Positions 46,812 to 56,420 of a stretch of DNA of 59,611 bases are shown piece after piece; the stretch's first letter is position 1, and each line of letters starts with the position of its first letter. Under the pieces are notes generated by a model. That model made no database searches and was not told where the DNA came from. It saw only the letters and a program-made list of their open reading frames with translations. The position numbers and the translations under genes are program-made. This stretch comes from Candidatus Tagabacteria bacterium (GTDB lineage Bacteria; Patescibacteriota; Minisyncoccia; GCA-002779875): positions 1-59,611 of the forward strand of contig CAWGAO010000001.1 in the NCBI GenBank assembly GCA_963820595.1, read 5' to 3'.

Positions 46812-47693
46812 ATGTTACTCAATTTCAGTTTTTTCTCGATAATTATCCAGGTAATCTTTCTGGAAGGCATTTTGTCCATTGATAATGCTGCTGTTTTGGG
46901 GGCCATGGTTTCCGTACTTCCGGCAAAAGAGAAAATACCCTGGCCGGGTCCTCTTAAGTTTCTCGGCACTTCGGCTCACCGCCTTCTCGGCGGCCAACGC
47001 TCGGCTGCCTTAAGAGTCGGCCTTCTGGGCGCTTACATTGGCCGGGGTCTTATGCTCATTATGGCCAGCTTTATTATTCACAACGCTTTCCTTAAATTCC
47101 TGGGTGCGGCGTATTTGATTAAACTGGCTTTTGAGAATCTCGGATTGTCGAAAGCCGGCGATGACGCGGAAGTAGCGGCTAAAAGCGTAAAGGGCAAGAG
47201 TTTTTGGGCAACGGTTCTGGCTGTGGAATTGGCCGACTTGGCTTTCTCCTTGGATAACGTGGTAGCCGTCGTTGCTCTTTCGAATAATTTATACATCGTT
47301 ATGATGGGCGTGGCCATCGGGATTTTCACGATGCGGTTTGCGGCAGGAATTTTTGCTTATCTGATTACTAAGGAGCCCATTCTTAAGCCTGCGGCATACT
47401 TGCTCGTGCTAAGTATCGGTCTTCAACTGCTTTTAGACGAGTTTCTGGGATTAAAAATCGGCGGCAGTATGAAGCTTGTAATTTCTGCCGGCATCATGAT
47501 TTTGACCGTGGTTTACAGTCGGGTCAGATGGTTGCATATTTTCCAGCCTGTTTTCCAATGGATAGGCGGGCGTATGGCTAATGCCAACGAAGTTTTAGGA
47601 TGGTTGTTTGTTCCCATTAAACTTGGTTTTAAAATAACTTTCCGGGCCGTAAGCGCTTTAATCCGTCCAATTCGTTTTTATTTTCGCAATTAA
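46812..47693 (+). CDS. TerC-family integral membrane protein
   Basis: LEGILSIDNAAV, AVELADLAFSLDNVVAVVA, MRFAA; GGAGG RBS. Confidence 0.9.
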   Translation: MLLNFSFFSIIIQVIFLEGILSIDNAAVLGAMVSVLPAKEKIPWPGPLKFLGTSAHRLLGGQRSAALRVGLLGAYIGRGLMLIMASFIIHNAFLKFLGAAYLIKLAFENLGLSKAGDDAEVAAKSVKGKSFWATVLAVELADLAFSLDNVVAVVALSNNLYIVMMGVAIGIFTMRFAAGIFAYLITKEPILKPAAYLLVLSIGLQLLLDEFLGLKIGGSMKLVISAGIMILTVVYSRVRWLHIFQPVFQWIGGRMANANEVLGWLFVPIKLGFKITFRAVSALIRPIRFYFRN

Positions 47694-47702
47694 AATTCCG
47701 CT

Positions 47703-47732
47703 AAAAAAGCCGTCAAAACTTGGCGGTTTTTT
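47703..47732. terminator. intrinsic terminator
   Basis: AAAAAAGCCGTCAA-AAC-TTGGCGGTTTTTT. Confidence 0.7.
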
Positions 47733-47834
47733 GTTTCACTTTTTTTGTTGACAAATTAAGTTTTCGGTAGTATGAATAGATTGAAAATGAGACAGAGTTT
47801 TTTGAAAAAATTTTGATTTGAAGGGGTAATAAAA

Positions 47835-48416
47835 ATGCTTAAAATCAGATTTCACGGAAGAGGTGGTCAGGGAGCAGTAACGGCGGCGGAAGTGCTTGCC
47901 TTGGCGGCGTTTCTTGAAGGCAAAGAAGTTCAATCTTTTCCTCAATTTGGAGTGGAAAGACGAGGCGCTCCAGTGGCGGCTTTTTGCCGGATTGACGATG
48001 AGCCGATTACCGACCATTCCAATGTCTATCAGCCGGATTGCGTCATCGTTCTTGATATTTCACTGGTCAAAACGGTGAAGGTTACCGCTGGTTTGGAAAA
48101 GGACGGTTTGCTTATTTTGAATACCGATCAGCCGCCCGAAAATTACAGACATTTGGGTTCTAATCGTATAGCTACGGTTGACGCAACCAGTATCGCTCTT
48201 AGCAAAAAGCTTGGCTCCGAAAAGGCGCCGATAGTCAACACGACGATTTTAGGGGCAGTTGCCAAAGTAACGGGCGCGGTAAAACTTGTGTCCGTCCTCG
48301 AAGCGATTTCCAAAAAAATCGACAAAAAAGTAAAAGATAATCTTTGCGCCTGCGAAGAGGCTTACGAACAGATTCAGATTAAAATATTTGAGGAAGGCGG
48401 TGAAAACTGTGGATAG
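47835..48416 (+). CDS. porG: pyruvate/2-oxoacid:ferredoxin oxidoreductase gamma subunit
   Basis: IRFHGRGGQGAVT, FGVERRGAPV, PIVNTTILGA. Confidence 0.93.
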   Translation: MLKIRFHGRGGQGAVTAAEVLALAAFLEGKEVQSFPQFGVERRGAPVAAFCRIDDEPITDHSNVYQPDCVIVLDISLVKTVKVTAGLEKDGLLILNTDQPPENYRHLGSNRIATVDATSIALSKKLGSEKAPIVNTTILGAVAKVTGAVKLVSVLEAISKKIDKKVKDNLCACEEAYEQIQIKIFEEGGENCG

Positions 48417-50034
48417 AAACTCGATTCTATTGCCAAAGTCAGACAAAAGCAGCCTGGAAGCGTTTAAGACCGGCGACTGGCGGACGCTGCGGCCCGAGAT
48501 TCGGACTAAAAACAGCGCTTGCCGGGCCGCTTGCCCTATCTCAAACCGGATTCGGGATTATCTCCAGCTGGCAAAAAGCGGAGAGATTCGAAGAGCATGG
48601 CAAATACTTGTCGAAACAAATCCTTTGCCAGCGGTTTTGGGAAGAGTTTGTCCTCATCCTTGTGAAACTGATTGCTTGCGAGGCGAATGGGAACAGGCGA
48701 TTCGTATCAACACCATCGAAAGGTTTTTGGGAGACCTCGGCCTAAAAAACGGCTGGCGTCCAGAAGGTTATCAAGAATTGACGCCCAAATTGCTTACGCG
48801 CCAAAAGATAGCGATTATCGGCGCAGGACCAGCGGGTTTGAGTTGCGCTTATCAGCTGCGCAGGATGGGTCACTGGGTGGAGATTTTTGAAACGGAAAAA
48901 GAACTTGGCGGAATGTTGTATTTTGGCATCCCCGCCTATCGGCTTCCGAAAGACATCCTGAAGCGAGAAATTAAAAATAACATCCTTTCTTTGGAAGGAA
49001 TCGAGGTTCATAGAGAGGCGGCTGTCGATAGTTCTACTTGGCCGGCTATAGCGCATGATTTCGACGCCATTCTTATCGCGACTGGAACCACGAAAAGCAG
49101 AAAATTGAAAATAGACGGAGAAGAGGGTAATCCTCAAGTAATTTCCGGCTTGGAATATCTTAAAAAGATAAATCTCGGCCGGGAAGTCAGTATTGGCGAT
49201 ATCGTCGCCGTTGTCGGCGGAGGAAATACTGCTATTGACGCGGCGCGTTCGGCAAAAATGAACGGCGCACGATATGTCGTCGTTCTTTACCGCAGACGCG
49301 AAGAAGATATGCCGGTTTTCGAGGAAGAAGTGAGGGCGGCCAAGAAGGAGGGCATTGAGATAAAGCCTTCGACGACGCCTGTCCGCGTTGAAAAAGAATG
49401 TGATAGTCTCTTAAAAATCGGATGTCTGAAAATGAGTTTAGGGGAATTAGATTCTTCAGGGAGACCGAAACCGGTTCCGATAGTAAATTCCTCTTTCTCT
49501 GTTTTTGCTCACACTCTTATTGTTGCCGTCGGTGAAGAGTCGGATTTGTCTTTTATAACCGATTACGACGACGAAAAAATCCTACTCGAACACGTTTTTT
49601 CCGCCGGCGACGCTTCACTTTACGGAGCGGGTACTGTAGCGGCGGCAATCGGTTCCGGAAACAGAGTGGCACAGGAAATCGACGCCTATCTGAAAACGGG
49701 TGTGAGGAAAGAGATATCCCTCGCTTCGGAAAAGGTTGTTGGCTTCGAAGATTTGAACACTGAACATTTGGAATGCAAACTAAGCCTCATTGAAAGCTGT
49801 CTGAGCGAAGGAAAATCAATCGAGCAAAAAATAGAAGAAGAAGCCGAGAGGTGTTTTTCCTGCGGTGCTTGCAACGGCTGCGGCGGTTGTTGGTTGTATT
49901 GTCCTGATGTCGCGGTCAGAGAAACCGAAGACGGCAAATACGAAATCAACTACGAATTCTGCAAAGGCTGCGGCATTTGCGCAAACGAATGTCCGCGGAA
50001 TGCGATAGATATGGAAAGAGAGGTGAAGTTATGA
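48400..50034 (+). CDS. GltD/SudA-like FAD/NAD(P) oxidoreductase fused with PorD (2x[4Fe-4S])
   Basis: KTGDWRTLRP, CRAACP...GRVCPHPCE, GAGPAG, GGGNTA, YRR, then CNGCGGCWLYCPD and CKGCGICANECP. Confidence 0.88.
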   Translation: MKTVDRNSILLPKSDKSSLEAFKTGDWRTLRPEIRTKNSACRAACPISNRIRDYLQLAKSGEIRRAWQILVETNPLPAVLGRVCPHPCETDCLRGEWEQAIRINTIERFLGDLGLKNGWRPEGYQELTPKLLTRQKIAIIGAGPAGLSCAYQLRRMGHWVEIFETEKELGGMLYFGIPAYRLPKDILKREIKNNILSLEGIEVHREAAVDSSTWPAIAHDFDAILIATGTTKSRKLKIDGEEGNPQVISGLEYLKKINLGREVSIGDIVAVVGGGNTAIDAARSAKMNGARYVVVLYRRREEDMPVFEEEVRAAKKEGIEIKPSTTPVRVEKECDSLLKIGCLKMSLGELDSSGRPKPVPIVNSSFSVFAHTLIVAVGEESDLSFITDYDDEKILLEHVFSAGDASLYGAGTVAAAIGSGNRVAQEIDAYLKTGVRKEISLASEKVVGFEDLNTEHLECKLSLIESCLSEGKSIEQKIEEEAERCFSCGACNGCGGCWLYCPDVAVRETEDGKYEINYEFCKGCGICANECPRNAIDMEREVKL

Positions 50035-51173
50035 AAGCGTTGATTACCGGCAACATGGCTGCCGCTCTTGGAGCGAAGCTTTGTCGGCCCGAAGTTTTAT
50101 CGGCGTATCCGATTACTCCTCAAACAACTATCATCGAATATTTGGCAAAAATGGTGGCTGATGACGAATTGAAGGCAGAATATATCAAAGTAGAAAGCGA
50201 GCATTCGGCAATGGCCGCTTGCATCGGAGCTGCTGCGGCAGGTTCTCGCGTTTTCACGGCGACATCCTCCCAAGGATTACTCCTAATGCACGAGATGCTG
50301 TTTCAGGCGTCCGGTCTGCGGCTTCCGATTGTGATGGTTAACGTTAACCGCGCTGTCGGCGCGCCGTGGAATACCGCCACCGACCAAACCGACAGCTTGG
50401 CGCAGCGCGATACCGGCTGGGGCCAATTTTACTGCGAGAATTGCCAAGAGGTCCTTGATACGGTTATCCAGGCCTACCGAATCGCCGAAATTGTTTCTCT
50501 TCCGATAATGGTCGTGTCCGAAGGGTTTATTCTTTCGCACACTTCCGAGCCGGTTGAGATTCCCGAACAGGAAAAAGTGGATTTTTTTCTCCCGTCTTAT
50601 AAACCCGTTTGGCAGCTTGATAATGATCATCCGGCCGCTTACGGCGCGCACGCATACCCTATGCATTATAGCCAACTTAGGCGGGATATGCAGAGGGCTA
50701 TGATGGAAGTCGCTTCCGTTCAAGTAGACGTAGCAGATGAGTTTTATAAAATTTTCGGCAGACGATATGCAGCCGTTGAATACATCGGCCCGCAGTCTCC
50801 CGAAATACTACTCATCACGTCGGGCACAACCAGCGGTACGGCCAAGATGGTTTTAAAAAATCATCCCGAAGTCGCTTTGATGAAAATCAGAATGTTCCGT
50901 CCGTTTCCGGCTGATTTAATCAGAAATCTGGCGCGGTGCGCGAATAAAATCGCGATAATAGACCGGAACATTTCGTTCGGCAGCCGAGGCATTTTTGCCG
51001 AAGCAGTAAGGTCAAGTTTATACTATATTACTAATCGTCCCTCGATATTCGAATTCATTCTGGGAATCGGCGGAATAGATATCACTCCGGATACGATTTC
51101 AAAAGTCATCGAATACACGACCAAAGCCTGTTCTGCTCCGGAAGACCCTATCTGGCAGGAGGATTTAAAATGA
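50031..51173 (+). CDS. porA: 2-oxoacid:ferredoxin oxidoreductase alpha subunit
   Basis: AYPITPQT, VESEHSAM, TATSSQGL, RMFRPFP. Confidence 0.95.
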   Translation: MKALITGNMAAALGAKLCRPEVLSAYPITPQTTIIEYLAKMVADDELKAEYIKVESEHSAMAACIGAAAAGSRVFTATSSQGLLLMHEMLFQASGLRLPIVMVNVNRAVGAPWNTATDQTDSLAQRDTGWGQFYCENCQEVLDTVIQAYRIAEIVSLPIMVVSEGFILSHTSEPVEIPEQEKVDFFLPSYKPVWQLDNDHPAAYGAHAYPMHYSQLRRDMQRAMMEVASVQVDVADEFYKIFGRRYAAVEYIGPQSPEILLITSGTTSGTAKMVLKNHPEVALMKIRMFRPFPADLIRNLARCANKIAIIDRNISFGSRGIFAEAVRSSLYYITNRPSIFEFILGIGGIDITPDTISKVIEYTTKACSAPEDPIWQEDLK

Positions 51174-52076
51174 ACTGGAAAGATAACGAACTTAGAGAAG
51201 ACCAGATAAATTCCGGGTTAGTTTCTTGTTTGGGCTGTGGAGCAACAGTGGCGATGCGGATGGTTTTAAGACATTTGGGCCCGGAAACACAGATTGTAGT
51301 TCCGGCTTGCTGTTGGACTATAGTCTCCGGCGCTTACCCTTACACCGTTTTCAAGATACCGATGCTTCATGCCGCTTTTGAGACTACGGCGGCTGTCGCT
51401 TGCGGCATAGCGCGTTCTCTAAAAGCAAAGGGAAAATCCCATATTACGGTCATTGGTTGGGCGGGTGATGGGGGAACATTCGATATCGGCCTTCAGGCGA
51501 TTTCCGGCGCGGCCGAACGAGGTGAAAACATCATCTACGTCTGCTACGACAACGAAGCCTATATGAATACCGGAATTCAGAGGAGCTCCGCGACTCCGCA
51601 AGGCGCGTGGACAAATACCACCCCCACGAACAATCCGGAAGACAGGCCGAAGAAGGATATTATGGCCATTATGATGGCTCATGAGATTCCTTACGCGGCC
51701 ACAGCGACTATCGCTTACCCGGAAGATTTAAGGAAGAAAGTGAATAAAGCCAAAGCTTTAAACGGCCAAGGTTTGAGATTTCTGCATATCTTGGCACCCT
51801 GTCCGACCGGATGGAAAGCCGAACCTTCGAAAACAATCGAGTTGGCGCGGCTTGGGGTGCAGACCGGCGTTTTCCCTCTTTATGAATACGAAAATACCGG
51901 CGGTAAAAAAAGTGCTGGAAATAAACGAAGCCGGCAATGTACCGGTTGAAAAATATCTTTCGCTTCAAGGAAGATTCTCTCACTTGAAAAAAGAAGACAT
52001 TGAGCGAATCCAACAAGAAATCAAGAAGAAAAAAGAATTCCTTTACAAACTAAGAAGTTTGTACGGGAACAGTTAA
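51170..52076 (+). CDS. porB: 2-oxoacid:ferredoxin oxidoreductase beta (TPP) subunit; +1 frameshift in an A-run near 51908
   Basis: CLGCG, GDGG...DNEAYMNTG, APCPTGW; C-terminus VEKYLSLQGRFSHL lies in the next frame. Confidence 0.93.
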
Positions 52077-52081
52077 AATCA

Positions 52082-52112
52082 AAGGCCGTCAGCCTAGACG
52101 GGACGGCCTTTT
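52082..52112. terminator. bidirectional intrinsic terminator
   Basis: AAAGGCCGTC-loop-GACGGCCTTTT. Confidence 0.7.
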
Positions 52113-52133
52113 TATTTTTATATTTATATTTTA

Positions 52134-52538
52134 TTATCTTAAACTTTTGGCATATACTTCTGATTTTTTGAAAACTTCATAAACATCAGGTTCGCTTTGG
52201 GTTATATTTACGGCGTAATCAAAAACTTTTTTCGCTGTTTCCTGATCAGCAGAAATATAGAAAAGCATATCGGAAATCCCTTTCTTTTCTGTTCCTTCGC
52301 CGGGTTCTATTTGAGGAAAAACTAATGCGTAGTAACGACCAATATTGTCCCATTTGCAGACAATATTAATTCCATTAATTTCTGTTTCTTCGTTGAATTT
52401 TTCTTTTTCAATATTTTCTTCTTTTTCCCTCGCTTTTTTAGCTTCTTGTTCCAATTTAGATTCGGGAACTATTATTACCGATGAGTTTTCCGGGTGTAAA
52501 AATGGTTTATCGTTTTCTTCCGGTTTTTCAAATGTCAT
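52134..52538 (-). CDS. hypothetical protein
   Basis: 134-aa ATG ORF with protein-like composition. Confidence 0.65.
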   Translation of the reverse strand: MTFEKPEENDKPFLHPENSSVIIVPESKLEQEAKKAREKEENIEKEKFNEETEINGINIVCKWDNIGRYYALVFPQIEPGEGTEKKGISDMLFYISADQETAKKVFDYAVNITQSEPDVYEVFKKSEVYAKSLR

Positions 52539-52598
52539 AATTTTAATAAAAATTATTTTTAATTTATATTAATAATAATATTATTTTGAGATTTTTTA

Positions 52599-54129
52599 TC
52601 AAGAATTTTTCGGTCGGTATTGAAGGGCTTCAAAAATGTGGATTCTTGATATTTTTTTCTCCTTCCAAGTCGGCGATGGTGCGGGAGACTTTGATGACGC
52701 GGTGATAAAGGCGGGCGGAAAGGTCGAGCCGTTTTGCCGCCTGAAGAAGCACTTGTTTCGCGTTTTCGGAAAGATGGCGCGAAAGATTTCAAATCGCGCA
52801 CGCCCATTTCGGAATTCGTCAGAATATTTCTTTTCGCAAATCTTTCTTTTTGGATTTCCCGCGCTTTTGCCACCCTTTCTCTGATTATTTTTGAAGATTC
52901 GCCGACGCGGTTTTCATCGGACAATTTTTCATGTTCAACTTGCGGCACTTCCAGATGGAGATCTATGCGGTCGACAATCGGGCCGGAAATTTTTCTTTGA
53001 TAACGCAAAATGTCTTTTTGGCCGCAGACGCAATGTTTTGTGTTCGAACCCAGATTTCCGCAAGGGCAGGGATTCATGGCGCAGATTAAAATAAATCTTG
53101 CGGGAAATCGCAGTGGCCGGCGGGCCCGTGCAACGCGTAATTATTCCGTCTTCAAGCGGCTGGCGCAGGGCTTCGATAACCCGGCGTTCAAATTCGGGAA
53201 ATTCGTCCAGAAACAAAACTCCGCGGTGGGCCAAAGTGATTTCTCCGGGTTTTGGCCAGGCTCCGCCGCCGACGAACGCGACATAAGAAGCGGTGTGATG
53301 GGGATTGCGGAACGGTCTGGAGGTTACAAAATTTTTGTTCAAAACTCCGGCGACGCTGTGAATGGAAGTGACTTCAAGAATTTCTTCAAAAGAAAGAGGA
53401 GGAAGAATGGCGCTGAACGCTTTCGCGAGCATTGTTTTGCCCGTGCCGGGCGGGCCGATCATCAGAACATTGTGGCCGCCCGCGGCGGCGATTTCCAATC
53501 CGCGCTTGGCGGTTTCCTGTCCTTTGATATCGGAAAAATCAACCAAGGAAAATTCTTTTTCATTATTGTCAATTTTAAGATTTGTCGCTTCCTGCGGCGT
53601 TAATGTTTTTTCATTTCTAAAATGTTTTACCGCTTCGGCTAATGAATTCGCAGCCGAAAATTTTTATTCCTTTTATCAGAGCCGCTTCTCTGGCATTTTG
53701 TTTTGGCAGAAATAATTCTTTAAAACCCGCGTCGCTAGCCGCCTGGGTCAGAACAACGAGCGCCTTTAATCGGCCGGAGAGTGCCGTCTAAGCCCGAGTT
53801 CTCCCAAAAATAGTTTTTCTTTTGAGTCAAAATTTAGTTGTTTGGATGCGGCGAGATAAGCCATCGCAATTGCGAAATCAAAAACCGGCCCTTCTTTTTT
53901 AATGTCGGCCGGAGCCAGAGAAACGATAATTCGCTGGTTTTTCTTTTGCGGAGAAAGAAATCCGGTGTTTTTAATAGCCGCCGAGATTCTTTCTTTTGCT
54001 TCCTCAACCGCTTTGTCGGGCAAGCCGACGAGCGTGAAATTATAAAGTCCGGGCGACAAATCAATTTCAACGTCAATAATAGTGCCCTTTGAGCCCTATA
54101 ACCTGCGCTGATTGTATTTTAACTGCCAT
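52599..54129 (-). CDS. comM: ComM/YifB Mg-chelatase-family AAA+ ATPase, several frameshifts in this assembly
   Basis: [80 protein letters not shown] across several frames. Confidence 0.88.
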
Positions 54130-54233
54130 GAATATATTCGTATAAGTTTTAGCCATTTTAAGCAAGAGGGCTGGTAAAAAAAACAGGCCGCCGAAAGGCA
54201 GCCTGATTTTTATATCCGCGCAAAACTCTTTTT

Positions 54234-55016
54234 CTACTTGATTTCGTAAGTAAGAGTTATGTCTACCGTAATTTCCTGGGAGCCGGGTTCAATTGTGGGC
54301 GAGGGTAAGGCTTCGGCGCCTCCTAGAGAAGCGGCGGATTTCAAGTCATAATATCTCGGCGCTGTCGGCGCATAGCCTTCGGTGATGGAAAGAAGCCGTC
54401 CCAAACGGAATCCGCCCGCCTTAGCGACAGCTTCGGCTTTTTCTTTGGCTTTGGAAATAGCTTCGGCCCGAGCTTCGCTTTGGAATTTATCCGGCTCGTC
54501 AATCACGAAAGAAAGTCCGGAAACGGAATTAGCTCCTTTCCCTACGACGCCCGCGAGAATGTCTCCTATTTGTTTAAAGTCTCTTATTTTTACCAAAACA
54601 GTTTGGGTTATAGTGTAGCCGACTATTTCTGGCGGAGGGCAAGGCGTGACACTGCTTTCCGGATGGTCGCAGCTGTAATATTGATACCGCGGGGAAATGT
54701 CATAATTTTGAGTTTTAATATCTTTCGCCTCCACGTTTTTCGATTTTACAAATTCGATTGCTTGATTTGTTTTCTCCGTATTGCTTTTTTGCAAATCTCC
54801 CAAATTCAATCCTCCTTCGGTTATTGTTTTGAAAGTAAATTGAGCTACGTCAGGAATGGCCGTTACTTTTCCTTCTCCGCTTACTTGAAAACTGCGGAAA
54901 GAAGTGGGTTCAACTGATTTTGAATAAGCCCTGACATAAAAAGCAATAGCAATTGCCGAACCGAGCAAGGCAATAATAATCGCAATTCCCAGATAATTTT
55001 TAATTTTTTCGTTCAT
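54234..55016 (-). CDS. SIMPL (DUF541) domain protein
   Basis: VSGEGKV...PDVA, DIKTQNY.ISP.Y, GANSVSGLSF, IEPGSQEI. Confidence 0.9.
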   Translation of the reverse strand: MNEKIKNYLGIAIIIALLGSAIAIAFYVRAYSKSVEPTSFRSFQVSGEGKVTAIPDVAQFTFKTITEGGLNLGDLQKSNTEKTNQAIEFVKSKNVEAKDIKTQNYDISPRYQYYSCDHPESSVTPCPPPEIVGYTITQTVLVKIRDFKQIGDILAGVVGKGANSVSGLSFVIDEPDKFQSEARAEAISKAKEKAEAVAKAGGFRLGRLLSITEGYAPTAPRYYDLKSAASLGGAEALPSPTIEPGSQEITVDITLTYEIK

Positions 55017-55051
55017 AAAAGATTTAAATATTTTAGCTTTTAATAATGAGT

Positions 55052-55402
55052 TTAAGCGTGTTTTACGCAAGTCGAAGCGGCCGGGTTTGCTTCCAGCCTG
55101 TCTTCATCGATTTTTTCTCCGCCAACTTCGCAAACGCCATAAGTCCCATTTTTGATTTTTTCCAGGGCGGCGTTGACTTCGTTTAATTTTTCCTCTAAAT
55201 GCACTTCGGTCGCGGACCTGTTTTCCATCTGTTCAAACTTGTCGGCCAGTTCGCTTTGTTCCGAAGCTCTGGTGTCCATTTCGGCCGGTGTTGCTTCCCA
55301 ATCTCCGGGAATTTCGGGATTTTTTTGGCCAACGGTCGCAAGGTCGACCAAAAGTTTTTTCTTTTCCTCCTCTAATTTATTTTTAAAGTATTCTAAATTC
55401 AT
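55052..55402 (-). CDS. TraR/DksA-family protein
   Basis: Coiled coil with DKFEQ, then ALEKIKNGTYGVCEVGGEKI...RLEANPAASTC. Confidence 0.88.
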   Translation of the reverse strand: MNLEYFKNKLEEEKKKLLVDLATVGQKNPEIPGDWEATPAEMDTRASEQSELADKFEQMENRSATEVHLEEKLNEVNAALEKIKNGTYGVCEVGGEKIDEDRLEANPAASTCVKHA

Positions 55403-55487
55403 AATTGTATCTTTAAACAATATCAGATATGGTTATAATTTTCAAATCGATAAAAAATAATTATTAATTTTTTAGAATAAATTACAG

Positions 55488-56420
55488 CTATGGAGATATA
55501 ATGAGGCGACGGATGAGTTCCTGGACCGTATCCGCATCGACGGTGATGATAAGATAAATTTTTCCGATGAAAGTGTATATAAGTACCGGATTATTGGATG
55601 AGTCGTATAAAATTCTGCTGTCGTAATTTTTTATTATTATATCATGAAATTCCGGAATGCCTTTCGGCTGATTTTTGATAAGCAGGATATCGCCGAGGTC
55701 GTTTGCAATATTTTTTTCCCAGCTTAGCATGCCGCTTAACGCAAGATCGTAATTCTGGATTCCAAAAACCAGAAATGGACTGTTTTTTTTCAAATAAAAC
55801 ACTCCGAGCGTAAAAGAGCCGTCGAGCGATTGAATAAGATTGGCCGGCGGATTTATTTGGAGAATTCGAAATAAATCCGAAGCGCCGAGAAAATTTGTTG
55901 CTTCGGGGGTTTTTTCGAGAATAGGAATATCGAGGACTGTTGTTATCGCAATCGGCGCTCCAAGGGCGTTTTGGGCGGAACTGATAAGTTCCGAGCGGCG
56001 TTCCGATGTCAGAGTGATAATCTTTTGTTTCTCCGAGAGAACCAGCGATTTAGGCGGCTGAAGATTAGCTGTCGGCGCGCCGGCTTTATTTCCCGAGAAA
56101 AATAAATATCCGCCAACCGCCAATCCGGCGACGAGCAAAATAACTCCGCCTATCAAGAATAAGAATCTCCGTGATTGAGTCGTTTCCTCTTCTTCGTCGT
56201 AACGGCGCCTTTTTGCTGTTTCGGCGGCAATATCAACCAGAGACAAGTCTCTCTGTTTCATATATTCCATGATATCGCCTTTGAGAGTGTGAAGAACGGG
56301 AATTTTAGCCCCTTCTTGGCCCTCTTGATCGGGGCCGGTCGTTGGGCCGACGGTCTCCTGAATCCCTTCTCCTTTCATCTCCGGGCCATTCGCTTGCTGG
56401 TTTTGTTCTTGTTCCGGCAT
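55488..56420 (-). CDS. single-pass membrane hypothetical protein
   Basis: Central TM helix [23 protein letters not shown]; start uncertain because it overlaps the pnp 3' end. Confidence 0.75.
   Translation of the reverse strand: MPEQEQNQQANGPEMKGEGIQETVGPTTGPDQEGQEGAKIPVLHTLKGDIMEYMKQRDLSLVDIAAETAKRRRYDEEEETTQSRRFLFLIGGVILLVAGLAVGGYLFFSGNKAGAPTANLQPPKSLVLSEKQKIITLTSERRSELISSAQNALGAPIAITTVLDIPILEKTPEATNFLGASDLFRILQINPPANLIQSLDGSFTLGVFYLKKNSPFLVFGIQNYDLALSGMLSWEKNIANDLGDILLIKNQPKGIPEFHDIIIKNYDSRILYDSSNNPVLIYTFIGKIYLIITVDADTVQELIRRLIISP

Noticed and set aside
47748-47777. sigma70 promoter for the por operon
   Set aside because: TTGACA is present but there is no convincing -10 at 16-18 bp spacing.
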